The notes under the pieces were generated by a model. It did not search any database. It saw only the letters and a program-made list of their open reading frames with translations, and was not told the DNA's origin. This document shows positions 1 to 10,052 of a stretch of 64,000 bases of DNA, one piece after another. The first letter of the stretch is position 1. Each line of letters starts with the position of its first letter. The position numbers and the translations under genes are program-made. The DNA is from Candidatus Iainarchaeum sp. (GTDB lineage: Archaea; Iainarchaeota; Iainarchaeia; Iainarchaeales; VGJJ01), in the NCBI GenBank assembly GCA_043803765.1, contig JAZDJQ010000004.1, positions 14,893 through 78,892 on the forward strand, written 5' to 3'.

Positions 1-1
1 T

Positions 2-895
2 TTCTTGTTAGCCGAATTCGTATGGGCGTTATCCTGCGCATTCACTTCAGGAGCAGACGAGGCCATCCTGTACGACACGCTCAAGTCGGAAAAAAAAGAA
101 AATCAAGCCAAATCAGCTTTTTCATGGAAGGAGAGCATTGGACTCATTGCAATTGGAATTGGAAGCACGATTGGAAGCCTCACAATAATACCATTCGGAT
201 TAACATTTCCCTATTTTCTCACAGCAGGAGTATTATTCCTATCTGGACTCCTCGCCATCACAATTAAGGAACCCAAAATCATTTCCAAAAAACAAAAACC
301 CGCATTATTCACCATAATGAAAGAAGGATTAGGATACATCCGCGGACACAAAACCCTGCAAATACTAGCATTTGACATGATATCCCTGTCCGTTGTATCG
401 TATTTTATGATATGGTTATTCCAACCATTAATACAAAATGCAGGAGTCAGCATCGCCTACTTTGGACTCGTTCATACAGGAATTATCATTGCAGAAGTTG
501 GATTGCTCGCATTATACCCTCGAATAGAAAAAAAACTAGGAAAAAAAAGAAAATTATTATTCTACACGAGCATTCTCACGGGAGTATTTTTCATCATCGC
601 AGGCATAACCACCAATATCCCACTACTACTGCTCGCGATCTTCCTAGGAGGAGGAATCGGACTCACACGCAGACCTATCCTAATGGCATACATGCAACAT
701 TACATTCCTTCTGACAAACGCGCCACGATTGGATCAGGAATATCCATGCTACGAACACTATCCATCGCAGGAGCTAACCTAATCGTAGGAAAACTAGCCG
801 AATGGAACATACCCAACACCATGATAATACTAGGGGCAGCCGCCATCGCGTTTGCGATGATATCAAAAGTAGAAGAGGAGCAGCTCATCGGATGA
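2..895 (+). CDS. MFS transporter (5'-partial, open to window edge)
   Basis: Multiple hydrophobic helices, FTSGADEAILYDTLK motif and MFS-like GGGIGLTRRP..AYMQHYIPSDKRAT loop. Confidence 0.8.
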   Translation, partial: FLLAEFVWALSCAFTSGADEAILYDTLKSEKKENQAKSAFSWKESIGLIAIGIGSTIGSLTIIPFGLTFPYFLTAGVLFLSGLLAITIKEPKIISKKQKPALFTIMKEGLGYIRGHKTLQILAFDMISLSVVSYFMIWLFQPLIQNAGVSIAYFGLVHTGIIIAEVGLLALYPRIEKKLGKKRKLLFYTSILTGVFFIIAGITTNIPLLLLAIFLGGGIGLTRRPILMAYMQHYIPSDKRATIGSGISMLRTLSIAGANLIVGKLAEWNIPNTMIILGAAAIAFAMISKVEEEQLIG

Positions 896-973
896 AATAA
901 TAACATGTTGATTTACCACTGCTTGCCGGGTTTCTACCTTTGCTTATAAAAAGAATAGGCATCTAATCAGCAT

Positions 974-2236
974 ATGCAAATTGGAATTGGGATAAGTAAC
1001 CTTTCAGACCCAGTTTGTGCGACGCAAAAAGCAATTGAAAAATCGATAAATGGAATTGAGGGACCTCCAAAAGCAGTTATTTTCTTAACTACTATTCAAT
1101 ATAAATTTAATGACGGATTTTCAAAATCATTAAAAAAAATAGTTGAATACTTTCCAAATGCAGAAATAATTGGGGGAACGGTAGCTGGATTTGCTAGCCG
1201 GGAGGGTATTTTTACAAAAGGCGTTGCAATCGTGGTCATAAATGGCGAGGATGTTGATGTATCCATTGGTATCGGCCACAACACTAAAAAATCGCCAGAT
1301 ATAGCTGGAAAAAATTGTGCCAGAATGATAAAGAATGGATTAAAAAAGACAAAATTTCCTAATAAATTCTTTTTTATGATTCTTTCTAGTGCAATCGTGC
1401 CAGATTTACCAATAATACGTAGAAAGAGGATCATCGAAGGCTTCCCTTTTATTAATCAAGCAGTCAACATTTTTGATAGGGTTTCTAGTATTCTTCAGGT
1501 TGGTTCTGGAAAGGACGAATCAGTACTATCCTCTGTAAGTGAAGAGCTTGGTGATTTTTCTGGAATTGGAGGAGCGTCTAGTGACGATTTAAAATTAGAA
1601 GAAAATTACCAATTTTTTAAGAATCGGTTTTTTACGAATTCAGTAGTGTGTCTTGGGATAGCCACAAAGGTAAGTGGTGATGTTAAAACATCTTTTGGGT
1701 TAAAACCTACTGGGAAAAAGTTTGCGATTACAGAAACTTCAGTAAGCAAGTATATTGTGAAAAAAATAAATGGTCACAGTGCGGTTGGAGAATATTTAAA
1801 GATAATGGGATGGAATAAAAAAGTGTTGGATGACAGACTGTATAGGAAGGTTTTTTATTTTCCATTTGTTGAAAATGGAATTATTGAAAGAGAAATTCAA
1901 CCTCGAATGTTTGGACTCATATATGGGGAAAATTTTGTTTTCCCAATGAAAGCTAGTAGCGGGAATCTTGAGATTTATCAATCTTCTGGAAAAGATATTA
2001 TTGAATCAAATCGAAACGTTGTTGGGGTTGGAAAAAAATCTGGGTTAATAGTATCGTGCGCTACACGATTGGAAACTCTTGGTGGAAAAACTTATAAGAT
2101 TAAGGAGCAAGTTTATGACAAATTGTTAGATGATTATTTGATTGTTTATACAGCAGGGGAATATTCTAAACAAAAGGGAGAGAATGCGAGATGTCTTTAT
2201 CAAAGTGATAATGCGTTATTATTTGGACTGCATTAG
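974..2236 (+). CDS. FIST (FIST_N/FIST_C) sensory domain protein
   Basis: IIGGTVAGF, GGASSDDLKLEENYQF..NSVV, SCATRLETLG, YTAGE motifs typical of FIST proteins. Confidence 0.75.
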   Translation: MQIGIGISNLSDPVCATQKAIEKSINGIEGPPKAVIFLTTIQYKFNDGFSKSLKKIVEYFPNAEIIGGTVAGFASREGIFTKGVAIVVINGEDVDVSIGIGHNTKKSPDIAGKNCARMIKNGLKKTKFPNKFFFMILSSAIVPDLPIIRRKRIIEGFPFINQAVNIFDRVSSILQVGSGKDESVLSSVSEELGDFSGIGGASSDDLKLEENYQFFKNRFFTNSVVCLGIATKVSGDVKTSFGLKPTGKKFAITETSVSKYIVKKINGHSAVGEYLKIMGWNKKVLDDRLYRKVFYFPFVENGIIEREIQPRMFGLIYGENFVFPMKASSGNLEIYQSSGKDIIESNRNVVGVGKKSGLIVSCATRLETLGGKTYKIKEQVYDKLLDDYLIVYTAGEYSKQKGENARCLYQSDNALLFGLH

Positions 2237-3361
2237 TAATTTGCACAATTCGATTTGTTCATCTATTTTTCTATTTGAAAATTCTAAAATAGATTTCATG
2301 TTTAATAGGCCACTACACAAGGTAAACAAAGAAAGACTGTTGTCAATATTCTTCTCAAAAAGTTTTCCCATAATCTCATTAAGTTTAATATTTTCATTCC
2401 ATTGGGGAAGATTCGACTCAATATAATGACTATATGATTGAATGTCCCTATTTTCTGCAAAAAAAATTCCAGCAGCATTTCCAGCAATGATGGCAGGCAG
2501 AATCCCTTCAATGAGTGGTTTAAAATTGATATTTGCTGCATCTCCACAAAATGGAATGTCGCCGACTCTCATTATTTTGGGACCCCCCCCAAAACGAGCT
2601 GATTTTGATTGTTCAGCTATAAAATTTGCATGTTTAAACTGATTCAGAAATGGTTTTGATCTAATCATAGAAAAAAGTTTCTTCTTGAGTGACGCTAAAC
2701 TACAATTTACTTCACCAACTCCAATATTGGCGGATGAAGTAGTTTTAGGAAAAATGTAGCCGTACCCATTAGCAAAATTTTTTGAAAAAATAACTTGCTC
2801 GTAATCTGGCTCTTCTAAATCAATTTGGTTGACCTTCCAAGAACAGACATTTATGAGATCAGTCCCATCAAGCTTAAAATCTAACTCTTGAAGAAATTTT
2901 GAATCAGCCCCGTCACAAAATAGAATCTTTTTTGAATTAAAAAATATTTCTTTTCCACCCACTTTTGCTAAAACTTTATAGTTATTGTCATTTTTAAAAA
3001 AAGAAATTACCTCATGACCAAATAAGATGACCGCACCTGATTTAATTGCGCAATCGCATAGCCATTTTTCTAAGTCTATTCGATCAATAGTGAACCCTTC
3101 ATAGTAACTTCCTTTTTGTATAATATCGAAATTGTCATGCCAAAAATGAACCCCTTTTATTTCTCGTCGAAAAATATTTTTTGGAATTTTGTATGGTAGA
3201 AATGGTAAAAGAAATTTGCCTATCCCTTCTGCACATCGAACGGGATACCCTGGGCTCTCCTTTCTTTCAATACAAAGAACTTGCAACCCTCTTTTGGAAG
3301 CAGAAAGCGCCGCTGACAATCCGCACGGGCCCCCACCAACAATTAACAAATCATACTGCAT
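2219..3361 (-). CDS. FAD-dependent oxidoreductase, geranylgeranyl reductase family
   Basis: IVGGGPCG dinucleotide-binding motif, RCAEGI, GYGYIFPK, GDAA. Confidence 0.8.
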   Translation of the reverse strand: MQYDLLIVGGGPCGLSAALSASKRGLQVLCIERKESPGYPVRCAEGIGKFLLPFLPYKIPKNIFRREIKGVHFWHDNFDIIQKGSYYEGFTIDRIDLEKWLCDCAIKSGAVILFGHEVISFFKNDNNYKVLAKVGGKEIFFNSKKILFCDGADSKFLQELDFKLDGTDLINVCSWKVNQIDLEEPDYEQVIFSKNFANGYGYIFPKTTSSANIGVGEVNCSLASLKKKLFSMIRSKPFLNQFKHANFIAEQSKSARFGGGPKIMRVGDIPFCGDAANINFKPLIEGILPAIIAGNAAGIFFAENRDIQSYSHYIESNLPQWNENIKLNEIMGKLFEKNIDNSLSLFTLCSGLLNMKSILEFSNRKIDEQIELCKLLMQSK

Positions 3362-3395
3362 TCATATGATTAGTGTATTGACATTATATTTATTC

Positions 3396-4628
3396 CTAAA
3401 AAATAGCCATAGCAACAAGTCTGATGACGTCAATGGGTCTCTTTAAAAAAACTTTCAAAAAAACCACGACGAGTTTCACTTTATCGGATAAAAGACTATC
3501 AATTTTATGAAGTTTATTGATATCGATTAGAACTCTAAAAAGTGAATCAAAAGTCTTATTGTCCATTTTGTTCATAATTGAACGTAAAAAATGACTTTCT
3601 CTCTCATTCTTTAATAATCTGTACTTAAGTTCATGCTCATAGATTTCCAAGCAATGTGGGTTATCAATATTATCAGCAATTATACTTGCGGAAAGATAGC
3701 CTGAAATGATGGCTTGTCTAACACCATATCCAAAGATAGGATCCATTACTAGCCCAGCATCCCCTACAAGTGCAACATTCCCAATAACCCTTTTTTTTAT
3801 AATACCTGCTTTTCCGATACCAACAAAAGTATTCTGTATTTTTGAACCATTCAAAATGGATTTTAGTTCATAATTTTCTTCTTTGAATCTCTCAAAAAAA
3901 TATTTTAATGACTTGTTCGACTGTTTTGCCTTATCGATAACAATTGATGCCACACAAAAATTATTATTTGTTCGACCAAGATAAAAATAACCCCCTGGAG
4001 CTAAAATAGAATCAAAAAAAATATGAGTCTCACCGGATGGAATATTAATATCCGTAAACACGCCCCCATAACCAACTAAATCTACCCCTTTGCTCTCTAA
4101 AAAAAGAAATCCGAATTTTTCAAAAATTTTGAAATTAATTCCAACAGCCCCTATAATAAATCGGGTATTAACCAGAACGTGGTTGGAACCTTTTCTTACT
4201 TTTACTTTAGAAAAAAAACCATTTTTACCATATATATCAACTATTTCTGCGTCAGTCCAGAATTTTGCTCCAAGTCTTGATGCTTTCAAAGACACAATTG
4301 ACTCAAATGACTTTTTGCCTGGCCCGCGTAAAATATAATAGTCATGAACATTGGAATGTAATGTAAATGTACAAGATGGAGAGTGCCAAACAGATTTGTT
4401 GAATTTACCGATGTGTGGAAGATCAAGCTCATAAAAAATATCATCTAGTTCTAAATTTTCAGTTATATCAATTTTTTCATTATTATGGGATCCAATTTTA
4501 TTTAGTTTTTCAATTACTAAAACACTTCGACCATCTTTAGCGATTTTAAGAGCAGCGACTGTTCCAGCAATCCCTGCCCCAACCACTAGAACATCAACAA
4601 AAATTTCCTTCATTATTACCACAATCAT
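3396..4628 (-). CDS. FAD-dependent oxidoreductase, geranylgeranyl reductase family
   Basis: VVGAGIAG, PGGYFY, VGDAGLVMDPIFGYGVRQAIISG. Confidence 0.8.
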   Translation of the reverse strand: MIVVIMKEIFVDVLVVGAGIAGTVAALKIAKDGRSVLVIEKLNKIGSHNNEKIDITENLELDDIFYELDLPHIGKFNKSVWHSPSCTFTLHSNVHDYYILRGPGKKSFESIVSLKASRLGAKFWTDAEIVDIYGKNGFFSKVKVRKGSNHVLVNTRFIIGAVGINFKIFEKFGFLFLESKGVDLVGYGGVFTDINIPSGETHIFFDSILAPGGYFYLGRTNNNFCVASIVIDKAKQSNKSLKYFFERFKEENYELKSILNGSKIQNTFVGIGKAGIIKKRVIGNVALVGDAGLVMDPIFGYGVRQAIISGYLSASIIADNIDNPHCLEIYEHELKYRLLKNERESHFLRSIMNKMDNKTFDSLFRVLIDINKLHKIDSLLSDKVKLVVVFLKVFLKRPIDVIRLVAMAIF

Positions 4629-4651
4629 TATTCCTTTTTAGGGGTTGCTGA

Positions 4652-5032
4652 TTAAGGAGTTGAAAGGATAGCTGTGATTTTCCTTTTAGAATTTTCAATT
4701 TCAACATCTAGAAGTCCTTGATTTGCTAACGCAGGAACTACTGCAACTAAAGCAAATTCCCTCGACACGGGTGCAAGGATAATAGTGTATTCGGCCAGGT
4801 CCATGTTGAGTCTTTCGAGTTTGTAGTCGTAGAATTTTCCAATGGTGTCAAAGAGGTCGTTTGTTGTATCAAGGATGAGTTTGAATAATCCTGAATCCTT
4901 GATTTTCTGGTTGGCCGGGACAACACCCCCGAGTCCTTTCTTTGCGAGCATACAAGCCATAACATCGTCCAGCTTGAGGAGACTTTGAAGTTCCAGCGTT
5001 ATCAATTCTGTTTTAGTCGGCATAATTACCAT
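4652..5032 (-). CDS. Roadblock/LC7-like small protein
   Basis: 126 aa; helix, VMACMLAKKGLGGVV strand pair, helix, strands, C-terminal GLLDVEIENSKRKI helix match the roadblock layout. Confidence 0.55.
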   Translation of the reverse strand: MVIMPTKTELITLELQSLLKLDDVMACMLAKKGLGGVVPANQKIKDSGLFKLILDTTNDLFDTIGKFYDYKLERLNMDLAEYTIILAPVSREFALVAVVPALANQGLLDVEIENSKRKITAILSTP

Positions 5033-5034
5033 CC

Positions 5035-5649
5035 CTAAATAGGAAGACCCCGCACGTTATACTGATAGTGTTTTTTGAGTTTTTCGGAGTAGTCTCCTAC
5101 CGAGGCGTAGGCGATATCGAATCCTATGAAGGCAATAAAGTATTCTAATCCATAGAATCCAAAGTATACTCCTAGAAAAACGGCAATTTTCATGATGAAA
5201 CGATAGTGAAAAAAGAAAAGAAAGGGTTTTGCGATTTCGGGATGTTTATCCACATAGTCGTTTCCGATCTCGTCCAATACCCCTGCCACTGTGAGAAAAA
5301 CAAGTGGCCCCCACAGGAAATCTACAATTTTGTAGAAATATAATATAATTAGCCCCGAAATGATTGCCAACGCTCCTACGTGAAAACCAATATTATCTAC
5401 TTTGTTTCGAGATAATACCGCAAGGAAAATAGCCCCAAGGATAGTAGCAGATGGAACACTTAAGTACATCATAAATATCCAAAAAATAGCAATAACGGGT
5501 GCCACGAGCAGTGCTTTGGTTTTGCTGAATGTTTTTTCATCAAAAGCATCGTCAATATACTTAATGCCACCTCCCAACACCATGTAGGAGGCCAATAGAA
5601 AGGGGTAAAGAAAATAAGGGTCTGGAAAAAGGACATCTTGTGGGATCAT
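5035..5649 (-). CDS. Conserved-looking multi-pass membrane protein with acidic KYIDDAFDE and LDEIGNDYVD motifs
   Basis: About 6 hydrophobic segments in 204 aa; function not assignable. Confidence 0.6.
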   Translation of the reverse strand: MIPQDVLFPDPYFLYPFLLASYMVLGGGIKYIDDAFDEKTFSKTKALLVAPVIAIFWIFMMYLSVPSATILGAIFLAVLSRNKVDNIGFHVGALAIISGLIILYFYKIVDFLWGPLVFLTVAGVLDEIGNDYVDKHPEIAKPFLFFFHYRFIMKIAVFLGVYFGFYGLEYFIAFIGFDIAYASVGDYSEKLKKHYQYNVRGLPI

Positions 5650-5692
5650 ATATGCCTCAGCAGGAACACCAATTACATTTCATGCCATATTT

Positions 5693-6460
5693 CTATAAAC
5701 TAAGTCCGTCCGAAGGTTTGCTTTCTTCAAACGCTACACCTTTAGAGGTTAATTGATAGTTCAAACTTGTCTTTCCATGATCAGTATACCGCATTTTTCT
5801 AATACGGAGAGTACGAAAGGCGGATTGTCCTACAACCAAATTTTCCAACGTAACAACCCCATCCGTCACAAACTCTGTGACCCCATCGGCGGATAATCGT
5901 TGCATTCCTTCCGGTAGTTCGGATGTCATTATCACGGTTGCGCCGAATTCTTTTAGTTTGTTGATTAAATTATAGAGTATTATTTTTGTCATGATTTGTT
6001 CTGTTCGTTGCACGGGAGAAACGGTGTCGGCAATCTTGATTAGTGACACTCCTACATCTTTTTGTAATTCTGACATCATCATGGAATCGGTTAATGTTGT
6101 CAACGAATCAACTACGATGCGTTTAGGTTTAAACGTTTCAACGAACTCTTCCACTTTCTGAATAAAATGATCCTGTTCTAAAACTTTGAAATAGATAACC
6201 TTCAACAGATTCTTATTTTCTAAGTCAACTAAATTCCATCCAAACTGGGAAGCGGCCTTCTGTAATTCCTCTTCAGTCTGTTCGGTTGAAATATACAACC
6301 CTTTCTCACCAAATAAAGTAGCCCCGTTCACCAAAAACTGCATCCCCATAGTCGATTTTCCAGTTCCGGCTCCACCTGATAACAATACGAGATTTCCCTC
6401 AGGAAAACCCCCCATGAGCGCCTTATCTAGACCTTGAATGCCCGTCTTCGTTCGCTGCAT
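5693..6460 (-). CDS. KaiC-like RecA-superfamily ATPase (single domain)
   Basis: MQRTKTGIQGLD start (ATG 6460), Walker A GGAGTGKS, IVVDSLT Walker B, EFVTDGVV, IRKMRYT. Confidence 0.9.
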   Translation of the reverse strand: MQRTKTGIQGLDKALMGGFPEGNLVLLSGGAGTGKSTMGMQFLVNGATLFGEKGLYISTEQTEEELQKAASQFGWNLVDLENKNLLKVIYFKVLEQDHFIQKVEEFVETFKPKRIVVDSLTTLTDSMMMSELQKDVGVSLIKIADTVSPVQRTEQIMTKIILYNLINKLKEFGATVIMTSELPEGMQRLSADGVTEFVTDGVVTLENLVVGQSAFRTLRIRKMRYTDHGKTSLNYQLTSKGVAFEESKPSDGLSL

Positions 6461-6541
6461 GAGGGAAGAAGACTCTAGTCGTATAAAAAGAAGGTGGATT
6501 GGATTATTGTGAATGGGTTTTAAAAGAATCCTAAACGAGTT

Positions 6542-7410
6542 ATGTTTATGGACATCGGGCGGGAAGCGGTTCCTTTTACGGGTGGTAGTCAACGCGTGAG
6601 GGACTATGTATTGGTCATCCTCAGTGAAGAGTTTCCGCTAACAGTTAAGGAGATTTATAGACAAGTCTTGAAACAGGGAAATAATGTCACGTATCAGGCT
6701 GTGCATAAAGTCATCACTCAACTTCTAAGTGAAAACATTTTAGAGAAAAAAGGGAAAAATGTTCAACTTAGCTCGCAATGGATAGAACGTGTTAAAGATT
6801 ACGCGTTCACTGTGAATGTAGCATATTTCAAGGGAAAAGAATTCAACCTCCCACGTCATCTTGATCAATCTCACCGCGTGACGTTCGATGACTATTCTTC
6901 ATATGTCACTTGGCTAGCCGAGAATTTCCGTGATGGAAAATTCACTGGAAGAAAACCGTCTGCCGTATACGGGATGTTCCGTCATGCATTGTTTCCACTG
7001 CGGTTCAATTTTATGGATTTCAATCTTCTTCGGGCTGCTGCGTCCAGTTGTACTATCAGGGGTTCTCGACAGAAGATACTCCGTTCGACCGATGGGTAAC
7101 TCATAATTATATGCTGGGCGGAATCAAGGAATTCCAGACTGGAATCAAAGTGGATATTAATGACGATTATTTCTCGGTTGGAGATATGGTCATTCGTGCT
7201 CACTTTTCGGATGCTACCATTGCATTCTTAGATAATGCATTTGGCAAGATTGGCGACATGAAACAATTGTTCCAATTCTATTTTCAGACGATGGGGAAGA
7301 AGGAACCTACTCATATTGAGGTCACTATTGAAAAAAATCCCACTATGGCAAGGATAATCAAAAATCAAATCCTCACATATCTTGGTAAGAAAGAAGAAAT
7401 AATCAAATGA
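6542..7410 (+). pseudogene. Winged-helix DNA-binding protein split by a single-base frameshift near 7050-7062 (or sequencing error)
   Basis: N-terminal wHTH (ILSEEFPLTVKEIY..VTYQAVHKVI); ORFs 6542-7099 and 7048-7410 join if GGGG at 7059-7062 were G5 (..SCTIRGFSTEDTPFDRW..). Confidence 0.55.
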
Positions 7411-7494
7411 TGTAATTGAAAAATAGCATAATAACTACCCGTACAATTCATATTATATCAAGAATCGCTGTTCTAATAAGTGATTTTTTTCTAC

Positions 7495-7638
7495 TCACAC
7501 ATTCCTCTCAACCCATTTTTTCAATATGCGATTGAGCACCAATTCGGTTGTTTGTTCCCCTGGGCCATAACGTTTTTCCACTATTTTCCTGAATTTTTCT
7601 TCCACTTCCTTTTCAATATCCACAATCCACGTGCTCAT
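7495..7638 (-). CDS. 47-aa small protein, ribbon-helix-helix-like (not in ORF track)
   Basis: Own translation MSTWIVDIEKEVEEKFRKIVEKRYGPGEQTTELVLNRILKKWVERNV; GGGGGA RBS upstream. Confidence 0.5.
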   Translation of the reverse strand: MSTWIVDIEKEVEEKFRKIVEKRYGPGEQTTELVLNRILKKWVERNV

Positions 7639-7952
7639 TTTGGTATTCCCCCTTACTCTTTTCCTTTTTTTCGTTCATAGTCGTGAAGGAGCACTCCCTA
7701 TATCGCCAATAATGGGGAATAGGAAAATGCACCCATAGAATTATGTTGATGTTTTGGGTAATATAGATGTGGTTTAACCTCATTCAACTTTACCGTTGAT
7801 TTTCATACCAAAATTATTCCCCCTTTTTCATTGGCATCGTGTTATTTGGAATCACTCGCTGCATCGTTTTTCTCTCTTTTTTCGCTATATTTTTATACAA
7901 TACCCCGCATTTACCGTTTATCAACGAATGAATATTCGACACGGATGGGTGA

Positions 7953-9032
7953 ATGAGAATGAGTGAACAACCTATTGATATTAAGAAATTCCTATCCGAG
8001 GGGTCGGAGGAAATTAATACCGCCATCGAGAAGCTTGTTCCCCATACGATTGATGTAGAATGGTTGGAAAAAACATTTGGTAAACCATCCTATGGATACG
8101 ACGTTGAGAGTATTCAGAAAGGCATCATTGAACCCATGTGGGATTTGTTAGATCGGGGGGGAAAGCGATGGCGTCCTGCATTATTCTTGTTAAGTCTAGA
8201 AGCAGTGGGGGGAAATAAGGAAAAATATTTCCATTATACGGCATTGCCGGAGATTATTCATAATGGAACGCTTATTGCGGATGATGTAGAGGATAGTTCC
8301 GAATTACGAAGAGGAAAACCCTGCATTCACAAAATTTATGGAGTGGATGTGGCGGTGAATTTGTACCCAGCCATGTTCTTTTTTCCATTTGCTTTAGTGT
8401 GGCGCGATCCAACATTGGATGATAAAACCAAAATCAAGCTTGCAGAATTAATTACGTTTGAATTGTTGCGCTGCCACGCAGGGCAGGGATTAGATATCTG
8501 GTGGCACCGAGGAAACAAATACAATGTGAGTGAAAATGAATATTTGCAAATGTGCGCGTACAAAACAGGAACACTTGCGCGTTTGTCGGCTAAAATGGGG
8601 GCCGTGTTAGGAAAAGGGAGTGAGGAACAAATTGAAGCATTGGGAAAGTTTGCCGAAACAATAGGAGTAGCATTCCAGATACAAGATGATATTCTTAATT
8701 TAGTAGGAGAAGAATTTGGAAAAGGAAAAGGAGCAGGAGAAGACATTCATGAGGGAAAAAGAACCATTATGGTATTGCATACTCTTGAAAAGGCCACTCC
8801 AGAGGATAAACGGCGATTATTGGGTATTTTGAATGCCCACCCTGAAGATGAGAAAACGATACAAGAAGCCATTGAAATCATCAAAAAATACGGCGGAATC
8901 GAATACGGTGCGGGCAGAGCAAAAGAACTTGTTGAAAAAAGCTGGAAGATGGTAGAAAAAGTGCTTCCTTCATCGCACGCCAAAAACGTACTGCAGGCGT
9001 TCGCACATTATTTGATTAACAGAAAAATATGA
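7953..9032 (+). CDS. idsA: Polyprenyl (geranylgeranyl) diphosphate synthase
   Basis: GGKRWRP, DDVED..LRRGKP, GQGLDI, KTG, FQIQDDILN, DIHEGK. Confidence 0.92.
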   Translation: MRMSEQPIDIKKFLSEGSEEINTAIEKLVPHTIDVEWLEKTFGKPSYGYDVESIQKGIIEPMWDLLDRGGKRWRPALFLLSLEAVGGNKEKYFHYTALPEIIHNGTLIADDVEDSSELRRGKPCIHKIYGVDVAVNLYPAMFFFPFALVWRDPTLDDKTKIKLAELITFELLRCHAGQGLDIWWHRGNKYNVSENEYLQMCAYKTGTLARLSAKMGAVLGKGSEEQIEALGKFAETIGVAFQIQDDILNLVGEEFGKGKGAGEDIHEGKRTIMVLHTLEKATPEDKRRLLGILNAHPEDEKTIQEAIEIIKKYGGIEYGAGRAKELVEKSWKMVEKVLPSSHAKNVLQAFAHYLINRKI

Positions 9033-9047
9033 TAGCTGGATTTCGCA

Positions 9048-9611
9048 TTACGAATTCAAGCTCAACTGCCGCTGCGTCTGCTCTTTCGTGAAGTCAAATT
9101 CTTTTAGTGGTTTGAGAATAAAGGTGCAGTCTCCCGGACGTAAGGCGTGGCATTCACTCTCAACGCATTCAACGTTTGTTTCAAAATATTCGGAAAAAAT
9201 AGCAGCGAGAATGGCACGCGTGTAGTGGTCGGAAGGATGTTTTACTTTTCCCTGCACGGCATTTGCGAGAGGAGAAAAGGACAATACTACGATGGCGCGG
9301 TGATTCACTTCGTCCACTTCCACGTTTTTCATTAATCCCCAACCGGAAGCCATGAAGAATGCTTGGGCCAATTCTAAAAACTTGGGTTTGGTTGTTCCTG
9401 CTTTGAATTTTGGAATGAGTTTTTGTCTCGTTGATTTCTTGAATGCATAATATACGGCCTTATTGATAAGTGGTTCATCTAACTCAGCAAAGCCAAGCAA
9501 CATGTCCACTGGGACGATTACGAATGGAATATCAAGCACATAGAAATTATAGTCTTTAAACTTCAATTGCGAAGTAAAAATGAATTTATCAAAAAAATTA
9601 TTGAGAACCAT
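9048..9611 (-). CDS. V4R (4-vinyl reductase) domain protein
   Basis: SGWG, ECVESECHALRPGDCTF metal-binding motif. Confidence 0.75.
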   Translation of the reverse strand: MVLNNFFDKFIFTSQLKFKDYNFYVLDIPFVIVPVDMLLGFAELDEPLINKAVYYAFKKSTRQKLIPKFKAGTTKPKFLELAQAFFMASGWGLMKNVEVDEVNHRAIVVLSFSPLANAVQGKVKHPSDHYTRAILAAIFSEYFETNVECVESECHALRPGDCTFILKPLKEFDFTKEQTQRQLSLNS

Positions 9612-9617
9612 ATTGAA

Positions 9618-9935
9618 TCATCGACTCCTCTTTGGATGCAGTGAAAGGTATTTCGTTTCATGCATGATGCGAAGGGATTCCACTTCATACGGCCATACGA
9701 CTAATGCGTTTCCAAAACGCTTGGACATGAGGTGTTTTTTCTGAACGAGTTTTTTGATGTGATATACGATGCGCGAAGATAAGATGCGTTTTTCTTCCCG
9801 AGTAGAGAAAGAATGACCTAGGAATTCGGCGATTTCCAGTGAAGAGGTGGGCCAGCGATTTTTTACCACATGAAGAATACGGTCCTCTTCAGAGGAAAGG
9901 AAAGCAACATCGCCATCCTCTCTCATTTCAGGCAT
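9618..9935 (-). CDS. Winged-helix protein
   Basis: ILHVVKNRWPTSSLEIAEFL..RIVYHIKKLVQK; likely start ATG 9935. Confidence 0.6.
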   Translation of the reverse strand: MPEMREDGDVAFLSSEEDRILHVVKNRWPTSSLEIAEFLGHSFSTREEKRILSSRIVYHIKKLVQKKHLMSKRFGNALVVWPYEVESLRIMHETKYLSLHPKRSR

Positions 9936-10018
9936 GTTCGAATAGTAATCGATCAGATGCTGATTCACAATAGAATGGAAAGAGCGGCCCCGAGAATAAA
10001 AGGACATCTGGCATGCCA

Positions 10019-10050
10019 AAAAAGAAAAGGGGTAAGTAGCCCCCTTCTTT
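10019..10050. terminator. Hairpin flanked by A/T tracts downstream of the 10053-11470 operon
   Basis: aaaagaaaagggg-taagtag-ccccttctttt. Confidence 0.45.
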
Positions 10051-10052
10051 AC

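Noticed and set aside
5693-6592. Extended N-terminus of the KaiC-like ORF in the track (44 extra aa)
   Set aside because: It overlaps the divergent gene start and promoter region; homology starts at MQRTKTG (6460)
7618-8026. Short minus-strand ORFs upstream of idsA (70 aa in track; MKINGKVE; a ~55-aa ORF)
   Set aside because: No recognisable motif; they overlap the idsA start/promoter or are too short to support
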